Made by a program: the position numbers and the translations under genes. A stretch of DNA of 64,000 bases from Saccostrea cucullata (lineage: Eukaryota): contig NW_026935190.1 of assembly GCF_032062105.1 (NCBI RefSeq), forward strand, positions 248,001 to 312,000, read 5' to 3'. Under the pieces are notes generated by a model that was not told where the DNA came from, did not search any database, and saw nothing but the letters and a program-made list of their open reading frames with translations. Below are positions 37,412 through 51,500 of this stretch, piece after piece; positions within the stretch are counted from its first letter, which is position 1, and every line of letters begins with the position of its first letter.

Positions 37412-39142
37412 CAAAAGCTAGAAATAATGTCCATATGATATAAATGCCCCGCCGAGGGTATATTAGTAATGCAACATGAAAATTTGTATTTGTGTATGAA
37501 ATTTGATCAGAATACCTTGAATAGTGATGCTTTTGAATTCTTTACAGCAGTATGTATCAACATATGAAGTTTGACAATAATTTCATTAAAATGAGGTCAA
37601 GGTCAAAGGAAATGCCAAGGTCAAAAACTGTTGAATGAAAAGCTTCATTATGTTTCAGCATATGAAGCTGAAAAAAAAATTATAAATTGTTTCTTTAAAA
37701 CTGACGTAAAAACAATTTGATAAAAGTTAGGTCAAGGTAAGATGAAAGGTCAAGGTCAAAAATGTTAATACAGTTGAATAACTTACATCAGTATGTGTCA
37801 GCATATGAAGTTTGACACTGATTTAAGAAAAGTAAGGTCAAGTTGCAAAGAATGCCTGTATGCATATGCATGAGCAGAAGGTGATAAGGCTGCCGCCAGG
37901 ACGGAACGAGTGGTAGAGGTCAAATCTGCAAAAGATGTGCCGCAATGACAGTTGTCTGTTGTTCTAAGTATGGCGCTTCCTCCCGTGCTTTCTGTGAAAA
38001 CATTGTCCAATAGTGCGCCTAGTGCAGAAGATGGGACCATCGGAGTCGACTGTTGAGTTCCATCTGTCAAGCTCGGATTCACTGCGGGGTTGACTAGGTC
38101 ATTATTCAACACCGGCTCTACGCTTGTGTACACAGGAAAGGTCAAGGTCAAAAATGTTGATGCAGTTGCATATCTCTCATCAATATGTATCAACATATGA
38201 AGTTTGATAAAAATATCTAGAATGAAATTTTTTATTAAAACTGACTTAAACACAATTTGATAAAAGTGAGGTCAAGGTCAAATAAAAGGACAAGGTAAAA
38301 AATGTTGATGCAGTTGAATCGCTTACATCAGTATTACCAGAATATGAAGTTTGACACTGATTTGGAAAAGTGAGGTCAAGGTCAAAGGAAAGGTCGAGGT
38401 CAAAAACGTTGACGCAGTTGAATTGTTCTCATCAGTATGTAACAGTATATGAAGTTGGTATCTTTAAAACTGAGCTAAACACTAATTAAAGATAAGTGAG
38501 GTCAAAGTTAAAGGAAAGGTAAGGGTAAAATAAAAGGTCAAGGTTAAAAATGTTGATTCAGTTGAATTGCTTACATTAGTATGTATCAGCATATGAAGTT
38601 TGACACTTATTTAGGAAAAGTGAGGTCTAATGTCAAAGGAAAGGTCAAGGTCAAAAATGTTGATGCAGTTGCATATCTCTCATCAATATGTATCAACATA
38701 TGAAGTTTGATAAACATATCTAGAATGGTATCTTTAAAATTGAGCTAAACACTAATTAAAGATAAGTGAGGTCAAGGTCAAAGGAAAGGTCAAGGTCAAA
38801 AAATGGTGATGCAGTTGAACAGCTCTCATCAGTATGTATCAACATGTGAAGTTTGATAACACCATCTTGAATGGTATGTTTAAAACTGAGCTAAACACTA
38901 ATTTAAGAAAAGTGTGGTCAAGGTCAAAGGAAAGGTCAAGATCAAAAAAATATTGATGCAATTGCATAGCTCTCATCAATATCTATCAGCATATGAAGTT
39001 TGATGAAAATATCTTGGATAGTTTCTTTGAAACTGAGCTTTGAACAGAGCTAAACGCAAAGTGTGACAGAAGGACGGAAGACGGACATGACAAACACTAT
39101 ATGCGGCATGCCCCGGCCATATTCATGGCGGGGCATAAAAAA
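37412..39142 (-). mobile_element. HINE with AGGTCA-rich tandem array, nested in an older 166-bp-satellite HINE remnant (~36710-37405 and ~39145-39280)
   Basis: Repeated units AGGTCAAGGTCAAAGGAAAGGTCAAGGTCAAAAATGTTGATGCAGTTG...CATATGAAGTTTGA; subterminal ATGCCCCG at 37445 and ATGCCCCGGCCATATTCATGGCGGGGCATAAAAA at 39108-39141; GACGGA microsatellite. Confidence 0.82.
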
Positions 39143-40886
39143 ACACGACCCATTATTTGAACAAACTCGAATCTCCTTAACCTATAGATGGATGTTCTTG
39201 ACAAAAAATGTGAAAAGATATTGACGGACAGACAGACGGACGCCGGACACAGTTATACGGACTGTTGCCTCATGAACCTTATCCAAAAGAACATTCTTAG
39301 AACTTTTAAAATATAGTGCTCTTTACTATTTGAAAAGAGTTTGATTCTCTTTGATATACTGGAGTTCTTTTTAAGTTTCTAATTAGGAGATATCAAAATT
39401 TGTTTAACTACAGTAAAGGTTTAAACATTTTTCCTCTTATTTCTATAGAGCCGACCAAATACCTGATCGGCATTGCGCCAAAATAAAGAAACAACCATGT
39501 AAAAGAAATCTGTGCCAGAAAGTTAATATACTAATCGTATGCATTATTTGAATAAAACGTCTCAAGAAAGAACAAACTCTTTAATTCTTATTTGTTTATT
39601 TTATAATTTAAATATTTTTGTCGTGCAAAACAAAAGCAGTCGTCTAGCAATTAGATATTGACTAGAACGGGTCTACAATCTTGGTGGTTACAAACACAAC
39701 ACCGACAAAGTCTGAAAATACGGCTACAACTTTGAAAAGTGTTAATTTACTTTACATACAAAAATGGATAAATATAAAATCCAGATGTATGAAAAAGTAA
39801 AATTTACAAAAATGCATTTGATGCGATGTATAACAAGACTAATATAATATACCCGATTTTTTTTTAACATTTAAATCTGAAAGGGTGTTATCAAATTGCC
39901 ATATGTGCAACACATTGTAGCACACACATTCACAGTAGTATGTATGAATTCAAAATAAATCTAAAGTGCAAATTATTCCTATCTCTTTGTACAACCAAAT
40001 CTGTCTCATCGTGAATTCATGAAGTCGAAAAACGGGAGGGAATCCGAACCTTTCATTAAAAAGGATATTTCTATTGTTTTGATGGCATTTTTCAAAGGCA
40101 AAAAACTTGTACGTCGTAAAATGGTGTATGTTTATCAAAAAGAGTTTATCCAGAATAAAATTAACTGAACTTAAAATTGTTCAAATGTACAATTGAACAG
40201 CAAAATTTAAACATCTCATTAGCACCAACATTTGTTAGATACAACTTACAAACAAACGTACAAAGTATGTCTTACGAAACACCGAAGAACCAATATTTGT
40301 TTTGTTCACTCAATGTCGAAATGTTCTAGTCCTTTTCTCACTTGCCGAAAAGCTGACTCAAAATAAATTTTGATAATAATCGATAGCTTCAATGCATTTG
40401 AAAGGACAAGATATACTGGAGGTTCAATAAATTGAAACGAAATTAAAATGCATACCAATGTCGAAATTTCATTAATTAATTAATTTCAAAGCCTTAGATA
40501 ACCGAAACGAAAATGTTCCTTCATAATCTTCACAACATATTGGAGTTGGTAATAAGAGTATGACAATATGAAAAATCAAAAGCACGATTTTTATTCGAAC
40601 ACTACCAAATCTTTTTTCCTTGAAACAATAACATCTTCAAACATCAGTGAACGTACTTTAAGTTGTAAGATCACATTTAAGTACTCAAGTGGATGTATGC
40701 AATCCCATGTTACCCACAAATAAGTACCATATGTGCAGCAATAGACTGATATAAAACAAGAAAACCGTGCACATGGACGGATCATATCACAGATATTAAC
40801 TGTCGATAAACCATAACAAAACAACAAATATTAACAAAAATAAATAAGCACCATCAATAATTTTAAGTGTTCCTTTTTGATTATCA

Positions 40887-43800
40887 TTAATATCGAAACT
40901 TCCGAGAAAGTTGCGGACTGGCCTTTGGGTTAAATTTCCCAGAGTTTCTGCTAGCGCCATTTTGATTGGATGATATTCTTGGTTCCAATCGAGGATCGCG
41001 ACGTGCAATTAAATGAGAGTTTCTGATTGGTGGGAACAGTTCTCTTCTTGTTTGCTTTTTCTGGCTTTCCTCTACCCACTGTTGACCATCGATGTAAATG
41101 CAAATTCCAGCGGCAATGTCTATGATAAGGCCAACAATCACAAAACCACATGACCAATTGAGTTCATATTGTAATGAAGACATGGCAGAACCAAACATGA
41201 TGACACCGATAAATCCGAACAAAGCTGAAAGTATAAAATGTTCAAATTGTTGTGAAAATATAAACAAAGCAAATTGTTATGAGTTCATAGGCGTCGGAAC
41301 TAGAGCTCTGAGGGGGCGCAAGGGGAGAAAATAAAGGCATTGAAAATTGGGACTTAGTCCAAAAACTTTTTGGTTGGTTAACCTCCTCCCCACTTTCAAT
41401 TAACCCCCCTCCCCTTCCAATTTGATTCCTACGCCTATAAAGTACATATAAAGACAATTATCAAGCCCCAGAAGAGTTCAAATTAAATGAAATAATATTT
41501 TCATTCGCAGAATTTTATTTTTTATTCACTGAATGTTATACTAGTATTCGAATTATTAAAACGTGTAGATTATTTCAAAATTGACTCTCCTTTTTAAAAA
41601 TCAATTAATAGAACATCATTCCATACTATTTTATTTACGAAAAATGGCATTGCTATGTGTTTTTATTGGATCGGATGTTTCTATTTTTATGCCTTTCTTC
41701 GTTTTACAGTTAGGACTTCCAATTACATGCCCTGTTTAATTTAATATCACCCGTATGAAAAACGATTTTATAAATGTTTTCTTTCTTACTAAGAAGTTGA
41801 AATACACACAGGAGTTCAATTGTGTTATTAATCGACTTTGATAAACCTACTAAATTTTATTCCAGTTCCTTGAACACATACAATAGAGATCAGCCACTCT
41901 AATATAAAAAAGAGACTACATGTAATCGCCTTATGTGAGTTTTGGGTAATTATTTTCAGGGTATGAAAACAGAAGGTTTTCAATCTTCTTTTTTCTGACC
42001 CCCCGTTTGTTAATGTCCCTGAATTCGAAATCATCCATGTAATTCACGTGATACATTTCAATTCCAAATGCTTCTGTCCAAGTCTGTATGCTTTGAGATT
42101 AAATTTCACAAGATGTCGTTAGCATATATTATGTGTATTACACGACATGAATGCGTTAAGGATTAAAGTTTTTTATATTAATGTTTGCTTCGTGCATCTA
42201 AATCTTTAATTGTCTAATGTTGTTTGTCGAACCTTAGCCCGAAATATCTGAGACAAAAATCGACTCTAAACCATAAAACAGGGTTTTTGTACACGATGTA
42301 TATAGTGCAGTGCCACGCTGTATATTGGGGCTAGATCTTTATTTCCCCTGCTGATTAACGCATTCTTCGTGATTTTTGACACGGGGTGGTTTATCATAAG
42401 GCGACAATCTTGATACATATTTCTACAATTTATAAAGCTGAATGAAAGATTGTCTCGATCCGACCTGTCAACTGAATTGCCATCTTATTTAAGATCTAAA
42501 GTATTAAAGTTCGGCTAGTTCATGCCGATGACTCTAAAGCTTTAATAGTAGACCACTTCGTATCTTGCAATTGTTATGTAATTAACTAATTAAAATAAAT
42601 ATTAATTATGTATTCTAAACTTTATTTGTTTAAAACGTCATCGTAATAATTCATGCCGATCAATTAGATATTTTTATTTAATTACAACACTCCAAGGACA
42701 TAAGATATAAACAAAACGTATTAAGTTAAAAATCCCGATTCAAGAATGTCACAGGGGAAGCGGAACAATATATAAGTCATTTCTGTTTGTGTAAAAATTT
42801 ATCATTCATTTTGCAATGTTCTTATTATGTTGCATTTGATAAAAATATAAGTAGTAATTGTAAAAATATGGTTTGCAAAGGATATGATATCTTTATTTGT
42901 TGAGCCTTTGCACAGCGGTTGTGACTTTTTAACAGGGGATGCTTAGTCCTCCCAGGCACCTGATCCCACCTCTGGAATTCCCAGGAATCCGTGTTTATGC
43001 CTCATTTACAGATTTGTACTGTTTGGATTTTTTTTCAGATGGATCGCTTATATATTGTTCTATTTACATATTTTTCGTTGCATTCAAAAATATATTTTCT
43101 TTCTAAATTATATGTACAGGAGATTGTCGGTATCTATATTTTAGAGCATGGTTTATCAAATAATTTCATTTCATGAAACTTTACTTACAATTATATATAA
43201 ATGTTCGAGTGTATTTTGTATTGAGTTTTTGATTTTGAGTTATAGTTTTACAATAGCTTTGCTTCAAAAACTACTTTAATCTTTAGTTTTATACTCAGAT
43301 ACATGTAAATCAAAATGTATTTAGTTGTAAAGATTCATGTCGTAAACTACAAGTCAAACTAAAAACTGCATTCTAATGCAATTGTTTTGTAAAACACGTT
43401 TTGAAATGTGATGTTTGAAGCAGTAAAACGAGCATTGTGAAAACTTTTTCATTGTGACGTCATAATATGCTCCGTGACGTAATTCATGTAACAAAATAAG
43501 ACGTAAACAACAAACAAAATGCATGGATTGCATTAGAATTAGGGAATAACAAATCTTTTAATTTGGTATTTGCGACCGTTAACGGACCGTTAAATCAGCA
43601 TTAACAGCTGAGTTATAATTTTTATAGTTGTAACGTGAATTTTAACTCATAATGATTTTTATTCTTAAATATTTCGCAGTAATTTCTTCTTCTATTTTTT
43701 TTTTTTTTGAGTCAAATAATTTATAATTTTATATTTTGATAAACTAGGATTGTAAGTAATATTACGAAGCAAAACTGTGATTTGTCGTAGAAGTGTTAAC

Positions 43801-45545
43801 TGTGATTTTGCGGAGGAAACAATAGAGAAGGTTGTAAAATTATATGTTTTAGATTAAACTGGACAATTCAAACACAGAATGAAAATTTACTTGCAAAACA
43901 AAACAATTTCTATCAAAGTGAATTCGGGTTCTATACCCTTAACTTCTGAAGCTAAATTTAATTACATAAACCACAGTTTTAATTTTTAAATTATATATTT
44001 TTAGAAAATAGTTAGAGATTTCAAATGCGAAGCAATGACTGGTAACTAGTATATTCATCTTGTAAAACTGGTGCACAATAGGGAAAAAAACCTTGTTCTT
44101 AACCTGCAGTATTAGATTTATATTAAGCACTACGTTAAATTTAGATAAGGTATACATTCTTGAATGACATAAGAGCATAAGAAAAACAAAAAAATTAAAA
44201 CGTTTTTGAAAATTTCAATAAATTGGAAAAAAATGTATATATCTTAAATGTCGGTGTACATGTAAAAATAAGGACAAATATAAAATAATATTGACATGTT
44301 TGTATAATGTGAATTGTATTTATATATGATATAAAAATTTAATCTAGAATTGAATTTGCAATGTTTCACCATATTTACCTAGTTTATGCCAGTGGGAGGG
44401 GGGGGGATTAAGAAGATTTTTATATTATTATAAAAAGTTATATAAAACCAATTAATTATTTTTCTTTGTCACAAAAAAGAGGATTTTTTTAAAATACACT
44501 TTTAGAGCATATAGATATACACCAAGATAAAAGATGTCTAAAAAAAAACCCAATGTGTCTTGTTATTTCTTTATTCAGAATAATCAAGAAGCTAACATAA
44601 TGGTTACATGTATATTATACCGCAATCACAGGAGTTCGCGTACCTATCAATTTTACCAAAATTTTCAGTAAATTGAAAAAAATACATAATACCGATAAAA
44701 ATATTATAGATATTACGTATTTTTTTTTAATTATTTACCGAAAATTTCGGTAAAATTGATAGGTACACGAACTCCTGTGCCACAATCAACAACATAAATA
44801 ATTAAACAAAATTGTAAATTATACCTTCAAATATGCCAAACTTCGTCAAAATAAAATTCTAATAATTGGGGTAATAGAACAGATTTCTGTACGTACCTGT
44901 TACAAAGGCAGTTAAGGCTGCTCCCCTAGATAGAGACCGTTCATCAAATAACCCACACATGTACAGCAACATTAGCAGGATCACAAAGTAGACACCACAA
45001 AGAGTGAAAATCTCCATCACCGCCGCCCCCATAATCGCTGCTTTCTCTGAAATTAAACAAATTATGCAATTTTTTTGTATTACTAGTAATTAATTTTTAT
45101 ATCGAAAAAATAAGGAAAAAATTATTTTTTCTGATTTTGAAAACAAGGTGTTGTGATTGATTTGACTTATATATTTTTAATACAAGTTTTATAAGGAATT
45201 GAAAATGCAAGTTCCATGCAATATGGTCTCCTGTATGTAATGTCGAGAGATTTTTCTGTGTTCTACCAAATTTTTACGCCTTCTCGAAAAACGCCGCAAT
45301 TTTCTGTCAAAAAAAGTCACTTTTACCGCTAAAAATATTGAGTACTTAGCCAACTTACCGATCTTTCCATGATAGAAGACGTGAGTGTCGTAGCAATAAT
45401 GTCCCTTACACGTGGTGAAGAGTCCTGAATTCACCGAGTCCTCAGAGGTGGCCCAGTATTTTGTGGAGAATCCAATGGTAAAGAAGAGGGTGGCCACCAC
45501 CTGTACAATACAGGCGATCCAATCCAGCCCCACCCGACACTTCAT
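40887..45545 (-). CDS. Claudin/PMP22/EMP-superfamily tetraspan membrane protein (224 aa)
   Basis: Phase-consistent exons 45545-45359, 45046-44897, 41224-40887. TM1 followed by W...SGLFTTC...C signature loop, three more TMs, YELNWS before TM4, basic cytoplasmic tail. Confidence 0.85.
42911..42993 (+). mobile_element. Solo 3'-end fragment of the Penelope-like element
   Basis: GTGAC...ACAGGGGATGC...TCCTCC..GGCACCTGATCCCAC...ATCCGTGTTT matches 3350-3443. Confidence 0.7.
44627..44779. mobile_element. 153-bp hairpin MITE (P-element-like termini)
   Basis: CACAGGAGTTCG...CGAACTCCTGTG, ~50-bp arms, 7-bp TSD CCGCAAT/CCACAAT. Confidence 0.78.
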
Positions 45546-46489
45546 TTCGTGTCCCTATGACCAGGCACAAAATCCCGAAAACAAAATTAGTGGTCCTATC
45601 TATTTACGAAACCATAATCAATGTGTTAAAATTTCACTGAATGATTTAGCTAGAACTTTCTTCAAATTACGATCGAATATTTCTTTCCCTTTTTTCCCAA
45701 TGAGAAAATCTCTTCTTCAAGAATTTCCAGAAATGCACAAATCCTCAATGAAGACTGAAAAAAAAATCCAACTTTGCGCAGACCTTGAAGAAAATGTCAG
45801 GCACAAGTCTTAGAGGGAACAAATGGCTTTTCTATGGAATCCTCCTGATTTAGCAGTTAACGATTGCTTTTTGTGGCCATGATAAAGCCCGAATCCAAAC
45901 ACATTTTATCTAAGTCAAACACTGTCGTTCTGAGTTGGAAATCATAACCAGCGATATTTGGCCCGGTATATTAGACATACACCTTTCCCAAATCTTTCAA
46001 TACATACTTTGTAGATATTTAAAACACCAAACTTTGAAGGCCCCACGAAGGGGGTGCACAATTGTTTAAAAGGATTTATATGTATGGATATTAAATTTCC
46101 TGCACTTGTACAGCATAATCCTCATGGCGTTAAAAGATTAATTTTCCATTATTTCATCCATTGCAAGTTCAACATAACCTGGATTAGGCGTATGACGCAT
46201 GGCGAGAACTTTGGTACTAACATTACGTGATTGAACATAGCAGTCATTAAAAGTATAGCAAAAAAGAGAAGAGATTTATAAACATTGAACAGTTGAGTAA
46301 ATCATTCTAAAAGGGGTAATTATCATTATGCAATATTCATGTCACATCCGTTTTGGAAGGTTTCCTCATGAAAAATTTGAGGCCATGGCAAAGCTACCAT
46401 ATAAAATTGTAGTGATTGGAAACCTAAAATTATATTTTGCTGCGTTTTGTACTTTCACGCATCTGTCACTTGCAGGAAGTCAATGGTTT

Positions 46490-46601
46490 CAGAGTGCTGT
46501 CCTCTACAAGATTTTTGAATTTTTCAATCAGATTTGTATATGACAATTATCATACAAATTTTAATTGAAAAATTCAAATTTTTGTAGAGGACAATACTCT
46601 G
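46490..46601. mobile_element. 112-bp hairpin MITE (CAGAG termini)
   Basis: CAGAGTGCTGTCCTCTACAA...TTGTAGAGGACAATACTCTG near-complete palindrome; TSD degenerate. Confidence 0.65.
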
Positions 46602-48590
46602 CAGTATTTGATATAAGCAGCCAAATACACTGTATCAAATAAATTTGATTTAAAGGAACGAAGTTTTCTTTTTACTAAGTAATTCTTAGACCTCGCATAA
46701 AAAACAAAAATAAATTTGTGATGCATGTACACTGTAATAAAAAAAATGTAAATGACAATTTGAGGATTCTCTTCGCTGTTTATTGTGTGTTTAGAGTGGG
46801 AAAGGATTTTTTTTTTAAAGGGGGGGGGGGGTAGTTGAAAGATACCAAGAAATGATCGATTTAACTTCCCTGCTGTGCCTCACGTTATTTCGACTCGTAC
46901 CTTGATCCCCACTCAACAGGTAAATATACAGGTAGGTATTTGGTATACCTTTCCGCAAGTGTCTTTAATTTCTAAAGATTCGCGTCACTCGGATTCATGA
47001 GATCGATTGGACTGTTTGAATAGAATTCTAATCACAGAATTGTCAATCGCGTTACTGGGCCTACATAATTTATAGAATTAAGGAATTCTCAAAATCTGTG
47101 CGAGAGGTGGGAAGATGTTCAGACCCTTGTTTGACACGCACAATACTTGTAAAAATAAATACTGTCATATTTTTATTTCTTGTTTTAAAAAAGGGGGGTG
47201 TAATGCTTAAAAAAAATCATCATTTCGAAAAAAGAAACCTTATTTTATCGAGTTAGTTTTTATCTCTGTAAGTATAAAAATATAGTTATTAAAGTTGTGT
47301 TATGTCCATTTTTCAACATTTTGCTTTGTTGTTTAGATTTTTTGAAACAATGAAAACGTTTTGAAAACTGATATTTGCAGATTTATACTCCATGGGTGAA
47401 TTTAATTTACCATAATATTATCACACAATTATAATGCAATTATTAATACATGATATAAATATACCTCCGTATAATCTACAACATAAGCAAATTTTTTTTA
47501 GGGGGGGGGGCATTTTTCATGTTTTGCATAAATGATAATGCAAGAATAAGCTAAATTCCACGATGAAACAAAATGAAGGTGTTTTAGTACATGTAATAAT
47601 AAAGCATATAGAAACTCTTCACAAATTTTGTAACACATTTTTGAGCATCTTAATTCTGAGGCTGCAAACCACACCCAGAACTTTTTTCAATATTACCAAG
47701 AGATTATATAATCTCTACCTGATGGTTAACTCTGTGGTTCATCAAACAAAATTAATGGATGTTAGAACCTTGCCCTTTTTAAACCAATCTTACAAAAGCT
47801 GCCATTTAACTGCTTACTACACAGCAATAGGAAAATTAAACTTCAGTGTAGATGGGTCAAAGAATTCTCTATTATGAATATGTTAGAAATTTTACAACAG
47901 TTAAACTAGACTAATGCACGATCAGGTATTTGTTTTAGGGATAAGGAATATATCACTGTACCAAAGTTCACTCTCTAATGAAAAATCCATGCTTCAAGAG
48001 AGAGAAATCAAAACAGTTTTTATTTAAAGAGTTTATTGCCTTGAAAATAGAAACTTTTAGTCATTTTCTTTTTAAATGTATGAGTACTAGCTATTAATAC
48101 TTGAGGTTACAAGACAAACAATAATGTATAACAAATATGTGTACATTAAATAATTTCACTCAGACTAATTAAAAATAATGATAATCATTCTTCAAGATCA
48201 CATATGCTTCTTTACATCATTCAATTATTACAAAATCTTACTTATAACTTTCAAAAATCACAGAATATATAAAGAACATACATCACAAGCACACTAGTTT
48301 TTCCCAATTCAAGTACCGAATTTTAGTCATAAAAATACTATATCTAAATGTTGATGACTAGCATAAAAGATTTAGGAGCATAAACATAAAAGGAAATTTT
48401 CATTAAAGATGATCTACTTGTACAATTATTTTCCTCTGACATTGGAAGTCAATTTATAAAATAATGTATAACAAATACTTAACCAGTAGCACACGTTTAT
48501 TACTCATCATTCAATTTGACACATACTATATTGGTATTGTCTTTGAAATATCACATAATCAGACAAACAAATGTGTTGATAACGTAGGAT

Positions 48591-51500
48591 TTAGTCAAGT
48601 TTTCTGGCAGCTCGCCCTTTGAATTCATCCATAGAGTTAGACGCTCCAAAATATTCCGAAAGAAGTGCCGAAACTTTAGTCGGAAAAAATCTGAAAAACA
48701 TTTTTAACCTTGATTGTTCTTCATGTTTTAGTTTTTTGTTAATAAACTTAATTCATATGATGTAAAATGCTGTTTACAGAAGCAGAAGTAATTATTTCAG
48801 GTATACCTGTAAACTCTAGAACATGCTTTACACTCAATATACATGCACATACAATAAGTCATTTCTTTACCAAAATGGGGCAAGTTTCCAACAAGACTTG
48901 TGCATGTGATGATGTGTGATTGTGAGGCCAAAAGAACATTTATCTCTGAACAAAATCTTTAACATCAAAGTGACACATATTCCTTCTTACAACATACATT
49001 TACATTCCTACTTTCAAAGGGATCTTTTATATACCACACTCAGAGAGTAGACTAGATTTACTCATGCATATTCTAATTATTTAGGTCAATTTCTTACTCC
49101 TGAGTTTTATGCCAATTATTTTTCACTATAACTTCTAACCTTTTACTCTTCATGTTATCAGTAAAATGCTATTTTATTTAAAGATTGAAACTGATAGAAA
49201 TGTATGCTTGTGTCAAGAATTAATTCAGTGATTAGATTATCTTAAATCCATATATTTTGCATTTGAATAAAACCAAAATTCCTGCAGAAAATTTGAAAGT
49301 AATTGCTTCTAAGACAGAAATCTGATTTCACCAAATATCCATTAATTTATCCATAGAAAGAACAATGCCCCTTGACAGATCTTCCTTAGCATGATAAAAC
49401 TAGAGCCAGGTTTACATACAACCTACCAGAACAAGAAGGGTTTGACCAACTGAGTGAACTGACCTCTGAGTATACAAATCTAACTCAGGTTTCTTCCTCT
49501 AAAAGTGTCCATGAATTTTGAACCACCCATATATGTCATTCCAACTTCACAGCATTTAGCAGGTAGAACCCTGCAATTCATTAATTTTTTAAGTCAAAGC
49601 ATCAAATTTACAGAATTGTGGTAAGTGTTAGGCCATGATATTCAATTGTATTACTGTTATACTATTCCATTAGTGTAGTAAGTGGATAAAATAACCATGG
49701 TACATGCAGTTAGTAGTGAAAGAACTATGCACGCTTAATCTTGATTCTTGAGTTAGTTTTACAAAACAGTGTTTAAAATGTTTAAATATCTCGCAGTTTT
49801 GATACGTAAGTGTCTTGAATACAAATTAAGTATTCTTGGTGAGGGAGGGGAGGGGGGTGGTAGATCTACTAAAAAAATTTATAATGATCGAAACAGAGAA
49901 ACAGTACTATAGTTATAGCAATCCTTCCTGTGACTTGTAAATAAATATCATATTGGGTCAAACATTCCACTTTGTCACAAAATAATCCTGATGTCATGGA
50001 CATTTGCACTCTTGTCAATCTTAAAAATTTTTGATTTTTTACGACCTAACATATTTCTTATTTCTCAAGTACAATAAAGTTTTTTCTATATTCATGAACA
50101 ACAGTATACAAGTCCTTGAAGGGGTGAATTTGTTACTTATTCATATTGTGACTGAATACGGTTTGCTAACAGGTCAGTTACACATTCAGCTTAAAATCCC
50201 TTTGCAAGGTACATGTACTGGTATAGATTTACCTTTTGACCTTGATTACATTTAATATACTGTGTTTTCATCAATATTTGTTGAGCACCAATTTTCGAGG
50301 ATTTTGTTGTTGAGCAGATCCACGAAATCAAATGTTCATCGAATTAATAAATATGATTTTCATTTGTATAGGCAATGATTTTGTCCACGAATTAACATAT
50401 CCTCAAAACGTTTGTTTTACAAAATCCACGAAAATTGATGCCAACAAAAATTGAAGAAACCACAGTACATTGTACTGTACATGACATGTACATAGCATAC
50501 ATGTATCGTAAACTGGTATGATACTTTTCAAAAAATTCCTACAAATTAAAGGAATCAATATAACAATAAATGCTTCTATTCAACATATCATCACAGAGAA
50601 AACCAGTAAACAATCAACAAAAAATGCAGCTTACTGCTGGATACAGAGAACCTTCAGAGATTTCTTGCAGCATATATTTCAGGTTTAATTTCTAAAAATT
50701 TAAATGCCACTTAATACTTACCCTTTAAGCAAAGCAAAAAGGTAGATAATTCTAGGTATCATGATAATGTGTTGGTTACATAAAACTGCATCAACAATAC
50801 GCAGGACAACTTCTTCAGGCTTCAGAATTGGCAAAATGGCAGGAAACCTTTCAACAAAACATAGCAAACTTATATATGAATATGTTACAAAATACTAAAA
50901 TATACTCAACAGAGTGAGAGATGAACATTGTACAACCTAACAATACTTGAATCTCAAACAGGGTTGGTTTAATACCTTGTTTTAGCTCCCTCAAACATTC
51001 CAGTAGAGATAAAGTAAGGGCAGACAACTGTGGTATGAACTCCATTTTTACCCTGCATGCTAAGCTCCAAGCGCAGTGACTCATCAAATCCTACAGCTCC
51101 AAACTTACTGGCACAGTAGTCAGCGAGTCCGTTAACCCCAATCAGACCAGCAGAGCTGGCGATGTTCACAATGTGTCCATGATTACGTTCCATCATCCCA
51201 GGGAGAAATGCTTTACAAGTCTGTCAATGAGTAGAAGTTTTTAACGTTAGTAGAGGTGAAATGAGGATTCACAATTTCTACCCACACATATAAGAATGAT
51301 TATGGCCTTACTCTTTCTTTTAGAGGATAATTTTTGAAGATTTTCCCTTATATGTACTTTGTATTCCTTTATAAATCTTTAACCCATATTAAAATCGACT
51401 AAGTTATGACCCTGCCTTTGCCTAAAACGGTCATGATTTGAACAAATATGTACCTACACTAAATGAAGATACATGTGAGCTAATATAAATTTCCTTAAAA

